The notes beneath the pieces were generated by a model, which ran no database searches, had not been told where the DNA came from, and saw only the letters and a list, made by a program, of their open reading frames with translations. This document shows positions 38,310 to 50,646 of a stretch of 64,000 bases of DNA, one piece after another. The DNA is from Macrostomum lignano (taxonomy: Eukaryota), in NCBI GenBank assembly GCA_002269645.1, contig NIVC01000906.1, positions 186,001-250,000 on the forward strand. Reading direction: 5' to 3'. The stretch's first letter is position 1; each line of letters opens with the position of its first letter. Made by a program: the position numbers and the translations under genes.

Positions 38310-38940
38310 AAGGAATAGAATGGATTGCTAATCTAGCCAACATCACTGGAGGAATAAAATGGATTGCTAATCTAGCCAACATCACTAAAGGAATATAATG
38401 GATTGCTAATCTAGCCAACCAACATCACTGGAGGAATAAAATGGATTGCTAATCTAGCCAACATCACTAAAGGAATAGAATGGATTGCTAATCTAGCCAA
38501 CATCACTAAAGGAATATAATGGATTGCTAATCTAGCCAACATCACTGAATGAATTTAGAATGGATTGCTAATCTAGCCAACATCACTGGAGGAATAAAAT
38601 GGATTGCTAATCTAGCCAACATCACTAAAGGAATAGAATGGATTGCTAATCTAGCCAACATCACTGAATGAATTTAGAATGGATTGCTAATCTAGCCAAC
38701 ATCCCTGAAGGAATAGAATGGATTGCTAATCTAGCCAACAACACTGAATGAATTTAGAATGGATTGCTAATCTAGCCAACATCCCTGAAGGAATAGAATG
38801 GATTGCTAATCTAGCCAACAACACTGAATGAATTTAGAATGGATTGCTAATCTAGCCAACATCACTGAAGGAATTTAGAATGGATTGCTAATCTAGCCAA
38901 CACCACTAAAGGAATAGAATGGATTGCTAATCTAGCAAAC
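38310..38940. repeat. 39-41-bp minisatellite (~16 copies)
   Basis: AATGGATTGCTAATCTAGCCAACATCACTAAAGGAATAG repeated. Confidence 0.95.
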
Positions 38941-39528
38941 TTTTTTAATCGAGTACACGTTATAAACCTGATTTAAAATAGAAAGAAGTTAATAAACCTC
39001 TACGATAATTTTAATAAAACTGATCACTTAAAGCAATGCACTTATTTTAGTCTGAATAAAATGATGGGGCAAAATTATTATTAAAAAAGCAGACGCAAAC
39101 AGAGTAAATAAATATTGAACAGAATAAATATTTTTGCTACAAACAAAAGACAGGGACTCATTTGAAATTTGAACCATTCACTTTAGACAGCAAATAGCAG
39201 AAGTATGTCACATTCACATCCGGATAGATTTAGTTTAATTGGACTCAGACACTCGCTTGAATAAATGATAGTGAAACATGAAATCACAGATTTTATCAAA
39301 TATTCTACACCACCAGCAGTTTGCGAGCAGTTATGTGTTTTGGTTAGAAAACGGCGCAAAGGCTGCTTTTATTTAGAATATTTTCCGACCGAAAATAGCG
39401 CGGATTTATGCTCAATACTACTTATAGCAGACAAAAAGTAAATTGCTATTTAAATTTTATACAAAATATTGATTTGAAAAGGCAGCCTTTGCTTCTAGAC
39501 CTGAGTCCATCGAGCAAAAACACTGTTC

Positions 39529-41197
39529 TCAAGGTGCGGAGAGTCCGGCCAGCCTTTTCAGCATCTCTTCGTCATCGTCTTTGCTAGATGAGGCTGCGGC
39601 TGCCCCCGGCGTTGCTGCCGACGTAGACGGCGCCTTGGACATCTGGGCATTCATGTCGATGCCGATTTCATCTAGGACTTGGGCCACTACCTGGCGGGAG
39701 TTGGTTGATGGGTATGGGAGTCATGTGCAATATGATAGGGAACTCGATTTTGAGTGGGATAAATATGGATTCTGAATGGGGATAAATATGGATTCTGAAT
39801 GGGGATACCGGATAAATATGGATTCTGAATGGGGATAAATATGGATTCTGAATGGGGATAAATATGGATTCTGAATGGGGATAAATATGGATTCTGAATG
39901 GGGATAAATATGGATTCTGATGTAGAGAACTGTAAATCATATCAGAACGCACTACCTAATATAATATTCTAATAAAATTAATTTAAACTCGCAATCTAAT
40001 TTTAGAATGAGTCATGATGAGTCATATCTATTTTTATAAATTCTATTTTTAGAATGAGTCACGTGCAAACAGAAGTGACTCAGAGCCCTACGTAGGACCG
40101 ACGTTTATTTGATCAAGGAACCGGTTCTCGGGAGTTGTATTTGCTTAATTCCATATATGGAAACGATCAAACATGCATGACCCCTTCAGACTCAGAGAGG
40201 TCTCAAGGAATACCTTGGAATACGTCAACTAAGAAGACCCATCTCTGAGAGAAGAAATCCGGACCGATTCGTAAGCGTTTACCCGATTTAGTTATTTGTT
40301 ACTAGCGCTAATAAGTTGATTAATTGAGATTACGAGAGCCATTGATTGTCGACACATTTGAGACAGGCCTCCTTGTTTCCTAGGATACATTCCTAGAGGA
40401 TTATTGATTTGAATTGAGTTATCCGTTACGTTTCGGACGTAGGGAGTTATTGAGTGACTCATCACCACCCAATAAACTCTTCACTGAATAAGGATAAATA
40501 TGGATTCCAAATCGGGATAAATATGAATTCTGAATAGGTATAAATATGGATTTTCAATTGGGATAAATATAAATTTTTAATTGCGATAGATATGGATCCT
40601 GAATGTGGAAAAATATGGATTTTCCATTGGGATAAATATGAAATCTAATAGGAAAAACATGAAATCTATTGCTAATAATCCTATGGGATTACTATTGATC
40701 ACAGTCCAGCCTCTCACCTTATCCTGCTCAGCTTCATCATCCGAGCCGGCAAAAATGTCGTCCAAAGCTTCGTTCATAGTCTCCTCGGACATCTCCATCT
40801 TCATGTTGGACTCCTGAAACTGACGCATAGTTTTCATGGTGTCCTCCGGCGAGATCGCTTTATTCATCTGGCCCATAGTCTTTGTCGTGGTCTTCATAGC
40901 GTCGGCCATTTTCAAATTGGCGCCCATCACTTTCTGTTGAGTGCCAACAGCGGACACTTTGCTGCCCATAGCGTAGCTGCGGGTCTTCTGCTGCCGCAGG
41001 CGGACCAGCTGTTTCGCCAGCACCGAGCAGGCCTCCTTGTTGCCCTGCTTTGCTGCTTTTTTAATCTCCCCTTCGATGCGTTTCTCCTCGCGCTCCAGAT
41101 GGCCCCGGTCGCGTTCCAGATCTCGCTGGGTCTTCTTCAGCTCCCGATCGTTGGCCCGCATCTGCTCCTGCACTGTTGGCTTCTTCCAGAATGCCAT
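39529..41197 (-). CDS. CHMP2B: ESCRT-III subunit CHMP2B, 213 aa
   Basis: Exons 41197-40718 and 39690-39529. Snf7 pattern ..AKQLVRLRQQKTRS..MEMSEETMNEALDDIF..VVAQVLDEIGID and C-terminal MIM-like EEMLKRLAGL. Confidence 0.95.
39755..40640. repeat. 24-bp minisatellite split by the solo LTR
   Basis: GGGATAAATATGGATTCTGAATGG; homogeneous at 39755-39920, degenerate at 40484-40640. Confidence 0.85.
39921..40483 (+). mobile_element. Solo LTR (563 bp), probably Gypsy
   Basis: TG...CA ends (TGTAGAG...CTCTTCA), 4-bp TSD CTGA at 39917-39920 and 40484-40487, AATAAA at 40471. Confidence 0.75.
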
Positions 41198-41339
41198 GCT
41201 GAGTAGCTGTCAGTTAATTTCTGCATCAAAGAAGTTTTTTTCGAAGCGAATGTTGCAATGGCAGCTCTGTGAAATTCAATGCCTAATCCAGCTTTTTTAC
41301 AAAAAAAACTATGAGGCCGCTCTAAGGGACCGACAATTC

Positions 41340-42985
41340 TGAGATGTCCGGAGATTCTTTCGGACGGATTCTGGGATGTCCGGGGATTTTTTCGGGCGGA
41401 TTTTGGGTGTCCGGAGATTCTTTCAGGGAGATTTTGGGATGTCAGGAGATTCTTTCGGGCGGATTCTGGGTGTCCGGAGATTCTTTCGGGCGGATTCTGG
41501 GATGTCCGGAGATTCATTCGGGCGGATTCTGGGTGTCCGGAGATTCTTTCGGGCAGATTCTAGGATGTCCGGAGATTCTTTCGGGCGGATTCTGGGATGT
41601 CCGGAGATTCTTTCGGGCGGATTCTGGGATGTCCGGAGATTCTTTCGGACGGATTCTGGGATGTCCAGAGATTCTTTCGGGCGGAGTCTGGGATGTCCGG
41701 AGATTCTTTCGGGCGGATTCTGGGATGTCAGAAGATTCTTTCGCGGAGATTTTGGGATGTCCGGAAATTCTTTCGGACGAATTCTGGGATGTCCGGAGAT
41801 TCTTTCGGACGGATTCTGGGATGTCCGGAGATTCTTTGGACGGATTCTGGGATGTCCGGAGATTCTTTGGACGGATTCTGGGATGTCCGGAGATTCTTTC
41901 GGACGGATTCTGGGATGTCCGGGGATTTTTTCGGGCGGATTCTGGGTGTCCGGAGATTCTTTCGGGCGGATTCTGGGATGTCTGGAGATTCTTTCGGGCG
42001 GATTCTGGGATGTCCGGGGATTTTTTCGGGCGGATTCTGGGATGTCCGGAGATTCTTTCGGGCGGATTCTGGGATGTCCGGAGATTCTTTCGGGCGGATT
42101 CTGGGATGTCCGGGGATTTTTTCGGGCGGATTCTGGGTGTCCGGAGATTCTTTCGGGCGGATTCTGGGATGTCCGAAGATTCTTTCGGGCGGATTCTGGG
42201 ATGTCCGGAGATTCTTTCGGGCGGATTCTGGGATGTCCGGAGATTCTTTTGGGCGGATTCTGGGATGTCCGGGGATTTTTTCGGGCGGATTCTGGAATGT
42301 CCGGGGATTCTTTCAGGGAGATTTTGGGATGTCCGGAGATTCTTTCGGGCGGATTCTGGGTGTCCGGAGATTCTTTCGGGCGGATTCTGGGTGTCCGGAG
42401 ATTCTTTCAGGGAGATTTTGGGATGTCCGGAGATTCTTTCGGACGGATTCTGGGATGTCCGGAGATTCTTTCGGGCGGATTCTGGGATGTCCGGAGATTC
42501 TTTCGGGCGGATTATGGGATGTCCGGAGATTTTTTTGGGCGGATTCTGGGATGTCCGGGGATTTTTTCGGGCGGATTCTGGAATGTCCGGGGATTCTTTC
42601 AGGGAGATTTTGGGATGTCCGGAGATTCTTTCGGGCGGATTCTGGGTGTCCGGAGATTCTTTCGGGCGGATTCTGGGTGTCCGGAGATTCTTTCAGGGAG
42701 ATTTTGGGATGTCCGGAGATTCTTTCGGACGGATTCTGGGATGTCCGGAGATTCTTTCAGGGAGATTTTGGGATGTCAGGAGATTCTTTCGGGCGGATTC
42801 TGGGATGTCCGGAGATTCTTTCGGGCGGATTCTGGGTGTCCGGAGATTCATTCGGGCGGATTCTGGGTGTCCGGAGATTCTTTCGGGCGGATTCTGGGTG
42901 TCCGGAGATTCTTTCGGGCGGATTCTGGGATGTCCGGAGATTTTAGGGTGTCCGGAGATTCTTTCGGGCGGATTTTGAGGTGTCC
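41340..42985. repeat. 32/33-bp CpG-rich minisatellite (~50 copies) upstream of CHMP2B
   Basis: CCGGAGATTCTTTCGGGCGGATTCTGGG(A)TGT repeated. Confidence 0.97.
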
Positions 42986-44108
42986 AGACATTTTTGAGGG
43001 TGGATTAATATACAAATTATCTTGTATAAAATTCATCTCTATACATTGAAATAAGAATTATCTAGAAATGAAACTACCTGGCAAGATTACAATGAATGAG
43101 AAACAAAGTTTATTTAACACAAATTTTTTTTAAACAAACACGCGCTTTACACTGATAGATAGTTGTTAGAGTCACCTAAGAGTCACTTTGAAGCGTTTTA
43201 TTGCCTGCAACTCTGAAACGACTCTGGGACAAGGCAAGTGACGCTTGTGACGAGTTAAGAAGCAAATAGAATAAAGACAGGTTCGGCCATAGACAACACG
43301 CAACTTTTAATTGTGTGTACCAGATTAAACAAGGCATGCCTAATCTCATAAAACATAGACAAAGATTCGATGATATACGTCCTCCTCGAATAGTTTCACA
43401 CCGAAACTCTTAGAAACATGAGAATAATTAAAAGCATTAGAAAAAGTGGCACTATGCTAGTGGCACACAGACCAGCATCTAGGGTGAGGCCATAGACGAC
43501 CAATATTTTTTTGAATACTTTCATATGAAGAGATTTGATATTGGGGGCTCACCGCCCCCTTAACAACGCAATGCAGTGCCATAGACAAACGTCACATGTT
43601 CCGGAATTTACGAGCATTAGGTTAAATCCTAGAAAAGGAAGGAATTTAAGTGAGATAACGCATGCCTTTTAACGGGTTGCATTATCTTCTACATAAAATG
43701 TTGATATCGATGTTTTGTTGATAAGTTTGGCTATCGAATCCAGAGAATATCAAGTATACATAGAATGACAATAGAGAGGAGAGAGGTCTAAAGTGAAGCC
43801 GATTTTCGTTCCTTCCGGTACTCTACTGTTTGGCCATAGACACTGAGTTTAAACTCGATATTCTCTGGTCGAATCCTAGGTTTGCTGGCCTCTAAGTCAG
43901 AAATTTGAGTGTGCTGTCAATGGACAAATCTGTCTCGCAAGTCAGGCAGGTAAATGCAGCAATGTATTCTAGTATGGATAGTATATACGAATATATAACA
44001 GCTGCAGTAGATATTTTGGAAAATTTGTACACTACAGGGTCAAACACAAAACAAACACATCCCGCAAGCATGGAGTCTAATGACCAATACGCTAAACTGA
44101 TCTTCAAG

Positions 44109-44828
44109 TCACAGAAAGATGGAGCGCAAATCCAAGTCGGAACGCAGCTGCTCCATCAAGTCCTCAATTTCAACAGCTCGGACATCCTCATCGCTAAATC
44201 CCAACTGCCGCAGGCGGCGGCTGATTCTGCCTGGGATGTTGCGATTCAACATATTGCGCCAGCGATCTTTAATCTGGACATTGGTGCGAGCGGCGTGGCT
44301 CAGCAGCCGGTTGCGAATGTTTACCCAGTCAGATCCGTAGCGCGCGTGCCCGATGTACAGCAGAAACGAGTCGCGCTCGTTCCAAGGCCGGCGCTGCCTG
44401 ACTGAGGAGGCGGAGCTGGTGAATCGGCCGCGCATCTCCTGCGACAGGTCCAGGACTGGGCGACGGCTGGCGCCGGGTCTGGCGGCCGCTGCTGACGAGG
44501 CATTTGGTGAGCTCTGGACAACCTGGACATCGTCGGGATCTGAGCTGATGCCATCCGAGCTGATGCTGCTACTGCTGCTGCTGTTGTTGTTGTTGTTGTT
44601 ACCTGAACCTGCTGGCTTGTCTGAGTTGCTACGATTGGTGCTATTGCCTTTGTTCTTGCTGCTATTTCTGTCATTGGCACTGTTGTCAATAACAACTACG
44701 GGTGGATTGCTGTTAATTGCAGTTTCCTGCGGCTGCTGCTGCTGCTGCTCGGGCTGCAATGAGATTAGCAACCAGTGTGACATTTGGGCATCAGGCAGAC
44801 AGACACAGACAGACAGAGGCAAGTAAAA

Positions 44829-44861
<33 letters not shown>

Positions 44862-44919
44862 AGAGACAGACAGACAGACAGACAGTATAGATAAACAGAC
44901 ATACAGACAGAAGAGACAA

Positions 44920-44976
<57 letters not shown>

Positions 44977-45009
44977 AGAGACAGACAGACAGACAGACAG
45001 TATAGATAA

Positions 45010-45088
<79 letters not shown>

Positions 45089-45106
45089 TACAGACAGAAG
45101 AGACAA

Positions 45107-45143
<37 letters not shown>

Positions 45144-45144
45144 A

Positions 45145-45191
<47 letters not shown>

Positions 45192-45260
45192 AGAGACAGA
45201 CAGACAGAAGAGACAGACAGACAGACAGACAGTATAGATAAACAGACAGACAGATAGGAG

Positions 45261-45311
<51 letters not shown>

Positions 45312-45364
45312 AGAGACAGACAGACAGACAGACAGTATAGATAAACAGACAGACAGATAGGAGT

Positions 45365-45440
<76 letters not shown>

Positions 45441-45469
45441 GTATAGATAAACAGACAGACAGATAGGAG

Positions 45470-45558
<89 letters not shown>

Positions 45559-48500
45559 GTATAGATAAACAGTGCTCACAGCAGCATTCTGTCGCAGCAT
45601 CGGCTGCTTCCTAGGCGACGGGGTGCTGGTAGCATCGACTCCAATGTCCATTAACGACTCGCTGACGGCAGGAGTGTTCATGCTGCAGCGCAGCAGGCGT
45701 CGATAAACGCCGCTGCCGCCGCTGCCGCCGCTGCCACCGCATTCTTCGCTCGTGGCTGCCGCTTTTTGCGGCTGCTGGCAGCTACGAGAGGCCGCCGGAT
45801 GGACGCTGCGCTTGGTGGCAGCTGCCGTGGGCAGAGGAGCCGCAACAACAGCAGGCTGCTCAGGCGCCTTGATTAAGGAGTAAGCAGTGCATTTAGTTAA
45901 AAATCATAGTAATGTATTATTTGGCGATATGTATCGATCCGACATTTAACAGCCAATTGATATAAACGTAAAGTAAATAAAACCTTTGATGGCGCTGTAG
46001 AGTTATTACCCGATATGTATCGAAGCAAATATAACCTTCAATGGTAGGGGAGAGCTATTACCCGATATGTATCGAAGTAAATAAAACCTTCGATGGCAGG
46101 GTAGAGCTATTACCCGATATGTATCGAAGTAAATAAAACCTTTGATGGCAGGGAGGAGCTATTACCCGATATGTATCGAAGTAAATAAAACCTTTGATGG
46201 CAGGGAGGAGCTATTACCCGATATGTATCGAAGTAAATATAAGCTTCGATGGGAGGGTAGAGCTCTTACCCGATATGTATCGAAGTAAATATAAGCTTCG
46301 ATGGCAGGGTAGAGCTATTACCCGATATGTATCGAAGTAAATAAAACCTTCGATGGCAGGGTAGAGCTATTACCCGATATGTATCGAAGTAAATAAAACC
46401 TTTGATGGCAGGGAGGAGCTTTTACCCGATATGTATCGAAGTAAATAAAACCTTCGATGGCAGGGTAGAGCTATTACCCGATATGTATCGAAGTAAATAA
46501 AACCTTCGATGGCAGGGTAGAGCTATTACCCGATATGTATCGAAGTAAATAAAACCTTTGATGGCAGGGAGGAGCTTTTACCCGATATGTATCGAAGTAA
46601 ATAAAACCTTCGATGGCAGGGTAGAGCTACTACCCGATATGTATCGAAGTAAATAAAACCTTTGATGGCAGGGAGGAGCTATTACCCGATATGTATCGAA
46701 GTAAATATAAGCTTCGATGGGAGGATAGAGCTATGCCTATCACTCGATATGTATTGAAGTAAATATAAGCTTCGATGGCAGGGTAGAGCTATGCCTATCA
46801 CTCGATATGTATCGAAGTAAATATAAGCTTCGATGGCAGGGTAGAGCTATGCCTATCACCCGATATGTATCGAAATAAACATAACCTTCGATGGCAGGGT
46901 AGAGCTATGCCTATTACCCGATATGTATCGAAATAAACAACCTTCGATGGTAGGGTAGAGCTATGCCTATTACCCGATTAATTACCGCAGCAGGTTCAGT
47001 TGGAGATGCAGCAGCAGATGAAGCAGCAACAATGGCCTTCAAAGCCGTCGCCTCCAGTTCGTCAAGCGCAGTTCGCAAGCCCGATTGCAGCTTATTAGCG
47101 CAGTTGCGAAACAGCTCGCAGTCTGTATCGCTGGCTTCAGTTCCAGCTGACAGACAGCGCAGAAACTGCTCCATGCCGTTGCCTAGAGACGCTGACGCTT
47201 CCTGCAGGTTCCTGACGCCCAGGTGTTCGAACAGCTGACGGGCCTGACAGAGCTGACGCTTCTCCAAGTCTGGCGTTGAGTCCAGTGCTCCGGCCCGGGC
47301 CGTCTGTGCGCTGAGCAGAGCCAGACCGCTGGAGCCGATCCTGTTGAACCAGGCTGTCAGCTGGTTGTCGAGCTCGCCGAGCTGAGGTGCAAAATTCAGG
47401 TTGCTAATAAATTGCGTCTGTTGAGGTGACGTCATTTAAAGGAGTGACCGAACATTAGGGATTGGCGAGTGACAGACGCTAGATGACAGGCAGTGACAGA
47501 TTTGAGAGAGTGCAAGATGACAGGGAGTGACAGATTTGAGAGAGTGCAAGATGACAGGGAGTGACAGATACAAGAGAGTGCAAGATGACAGGAAGTGACA
47601 GATACAAGAGAGTGATAGATGACAGGAAGTGACAGATACAAGAGAGTGATAGATGACAGGGGAGTGACAGATGTCAGAGTGCTAGATGACAGGGGAGTGA
47701 CAGATACAAGAGAGTGATAGATGACAGGGGAGTTGCAATCTGTCACTACTTGTCATCTAGCACTCTCTTGTATCTGTCACTCCCTGTTATCTTGTACTCT
47801 CTTGTATCTGTCACTCCCCTGTCATCTAGCACTCTGGTATCTGTCGCGAGTGCTAAATGACAAGTAGTGACAGATAAAGTACTAAATGAGAAGGAGTGAC
47901 AGATAGAGTACTAAATGACAAGGAGTGACAGATAGAGTACTAAATGAGGAGTGACAGATAAAGTACTAAATGAGAAGGAGTGACAGATAGAGTATTAAAT
48001 GACAAGGAGTGACAGATAGAGTACTAAATGAGGAGTGACAGATAGAGCACTAAATGAGGAGTGACAGATAGAGTACTAAATGACAAGTAGTGACAGATAG
48101 AGTACTAAATGACAAGTAGTGACAGATAGATTGCTAAATGACAAGGAGTGACAGATAGATTGCTAAATGACAAGGAGTGACAGATAGATTGCTAAATGAC
48201 AAGGAGTGACAGATAGTGCTAAATGACAAGGAGTGACAGATAGATTGCTAAATGACAAGGAGTGACAGATAGTGCTAAATGACAAGGAGTGACAGAGAGA
48301 TTGCTAAATGACAAGTAGTGACAGATAGATTGCTAAATGACAAGGAGTGACAGATAGATTGCTAAATGACAAGGAGTGACAGATAGAGTGCTAAATGACA
48401 AGTAGTGACAGATAGAGTGCTAAATGACAAGGAGTGACAGATAGAGTGCTAAATGACAAAGAGTGACAGATACAAGAGAGTGCCAAATGATAGCAAGCGA

Positions 48501-48933
48501 AAATAGTGTGAGACATGACAAACAGTGCCAGCGAAGAGTGACAGACAGAAAGTCTCACATTAACGGATTCCCCAGCAGAGGACAGCAGTTTCCAGGCGGC
48601 CACCAGCTCCGGACTAGGATTGCGCAACACCCTATTCAGTTGAGTTAATCCTTCTATCACTGCTCGACGAATCTTGCTCAAATGAGACTTGGAAATGTGC
48701 GGCCAAGCTGACTGGGCTGCAGTCCTTGAGCACAGCGCAAACAGACGACAAGCGGCCAACAGAGCCGACTGCAAATATTCCAGCCATTGGGCTCGAGTTG
48801 AAAAACCCAACTCATCGTTACATTCTAACAGGTGTCTCAGACTGAGCACATATTGATGCAGATACTTCGGACTGTCGGGCTGCTTCAGCAAAGGCTCAAA
48901 ACAGATTCGAAACAGGCACCTGGGTGCCTGCAT
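44109..48933 (-). CDS. Telobox Myb protein with TRF1/TRF2-like layout, at least 579 aa; 5' end uncertain
   Basis: Exons 48933-48559, 47417-46986, 45867-45580, 44753-44109 (all phase 0). Helical N-terminal half, low-complexity linker, Myb domain RPWNERDSFLLYIGHARYGSDW...RTNVQIKDRWRNM. Confidence 0.75.
44790..45570. repeat. (AGAC)n microsatellite with higher-order interruptions (intronic)
   Basis: Direct inspection. Confidence 0.95.
45990..46975. repeat. 52-bp minisatellite (~19 copies, intronic)
   Basis: TTACCCGATATGTATCGAAGTAAATAAAACCTTCGATGGCAGGGTAGAGCTA repeated. Confidence 0.96.
47470..48480. repeat. Composite 27-35-bp minisatellite with an internal inverted block
   Basis: GACAAGGAGTGACAGATAGATTGCTAAAT-type units; inverted units at ~47738-47843. 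Confidence 0.9.
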
Positions 48934-49079
48934 TTTTTATATTATATTTTTCTTTGTGTTTTTTCACAGGTACACACCGACAAGATACTTCCGCTAGGAG
49001 GCAGACAGTTGCGGCAGCATGCAACAAACATTGTAAAAAATATTATATGTCAATTCCGGTCCACGGGAATTTCCCTCTG

Positions 49080-50386
49080 TAGCTGGTGCCCCAACCACCT
49101 CTGTAGCTGGTGCCCCAACCCCTCTGTAGCTGGTGCCCCAACCACCTCTGTAGCTGGTGCCCCAACCACCTCTGTAGCTGGTGCCCCAACCCCTCTGTAG
49201 CTGGTGCCCCAACCACCTCTGTAGCTGGTGCCCCAACCACCTCTGTAGCTGGTGCCCCACCACCTCTGTAGCTGGTGCCCCAACCCCATCTGTAGCTGGT
49301 GCCCCAACCCCCTCTGTAGCTGGTGCCCCAACCCCCTCTGTAGCTGGTGCCCAACCACCTCTGTAGCTGGTGCCCCAACCACCTCTGTAGCTGGTTCCCC
49401 AACACCCTATGTAGCTGGTGCCCCAACCACCTCTGTAGCTGGTGCCCCCACCCCATCTGTAGCTGGTGCCCCCACCCCATCTGTAGCTGGTGCCCCCACC
49501 CCATCTGTAGCTGGTGCCCCCACCCCATCTGTAGCTGGTGCCCCAACACCCTCTGTAGCTGGTGCCCCAACACCCTCTGTAGCTGGTTCCCCAACACCCT
49601 ATGTAGCTGGTGCCCCAACCACCTCTGTAGCTGGTGCCCCCACCCCATCTGTAGCTGGTGCCCCAACACCCTCTGTAGCTGGTGCCCCACCCCATCTGTA
49701 GCTGGTGCCCCAACACCCTCTGTAGCTGGTGCCCCAACCCCATCTGTAGCTGGTGCCCCAACACCCTCTGTAGCTGGTGCCCCCACCCCATCTGTAGCTG
49801 GTGCCCCAACACCCTCTGTAGCTGGTGCCCCAACCCCCTCTGTAGCTGGTGCCCCAACACCCTCTGTAGCTGGTGCCCCAACACCCTCTGTAGCTGGTTC
49901 CCCAACACCCTATGTAGCTGGTGCCCCAACCACCTCTGTAGCTGGTGCCCCCACCCCATCTGTAGCTGGTGCCCCAACACCCTCTGTAGCTGGTGCCCCC
50001 ACCCCATCTGTAGCTGGTGCCCCAACACCCTCTGTAGCTGGTGCCCCAACCCCATCTGTAGCTGGTGCCCCAACACCCTCTGTAGCTGGTGCCCCCACCC
50101 CATCTGTAGCTGGTGCCCCAACACCCTCTGTAGCTGGTGCCCCAACCCCCTCTGTAGCTGGTGCCCCCACCCCATCTGTAGCTGGTGCCCCAACCCCCTC
50201 TGTAGCTGGTGCCCCAACCCCATCTGTAGCTGGTGCCCCAACACCCTCTGTAGCTGGTGCCCCCACCCCATCTGTAGCTGGTGCCCCAACCCCATCTGTA
50301 GCTGGTGCCCCAACCCCATCTGTAGCTGGTGCCCCAACCCCCTCTGTAGCTGGTGCCCCAACCCCATCTGTAGCTGGTGCCCCAAC
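49080..50386. repeat. 24-bp minisatellite (~54 copies)
   Basis: TGTAGCTGGTGCCCCAACACCCTC repeated. Confidence 0.97.
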
Positions 50387-50646
50387 GCAGCAAGTTTTTT
50401 ATCATCAAATCTCCTATAAAAGTTGAGAGGGATACAAAAAAGATAATTAAAGGACGCATTTATAAAGAAAGTGCTGTATATTTACAGATTTTTATAAGTT
50501 ACTGGTACATAATTAATAAGAATACTAAAATTACACGAAACGCACACTTTCTTCTACTTAGAGTAGGTTTTATCGAAAATGCAAACCCAGCCAAGCTCGG
50601 AAAGGCATTATACTTGAACAATATTTCTAAGAAACGAATTTTTTAT

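Noticed and set aside
43905-44405. 166-aa + strand ORF
   Set aside because: Antisense overlap of the Myb exon; no independent support.
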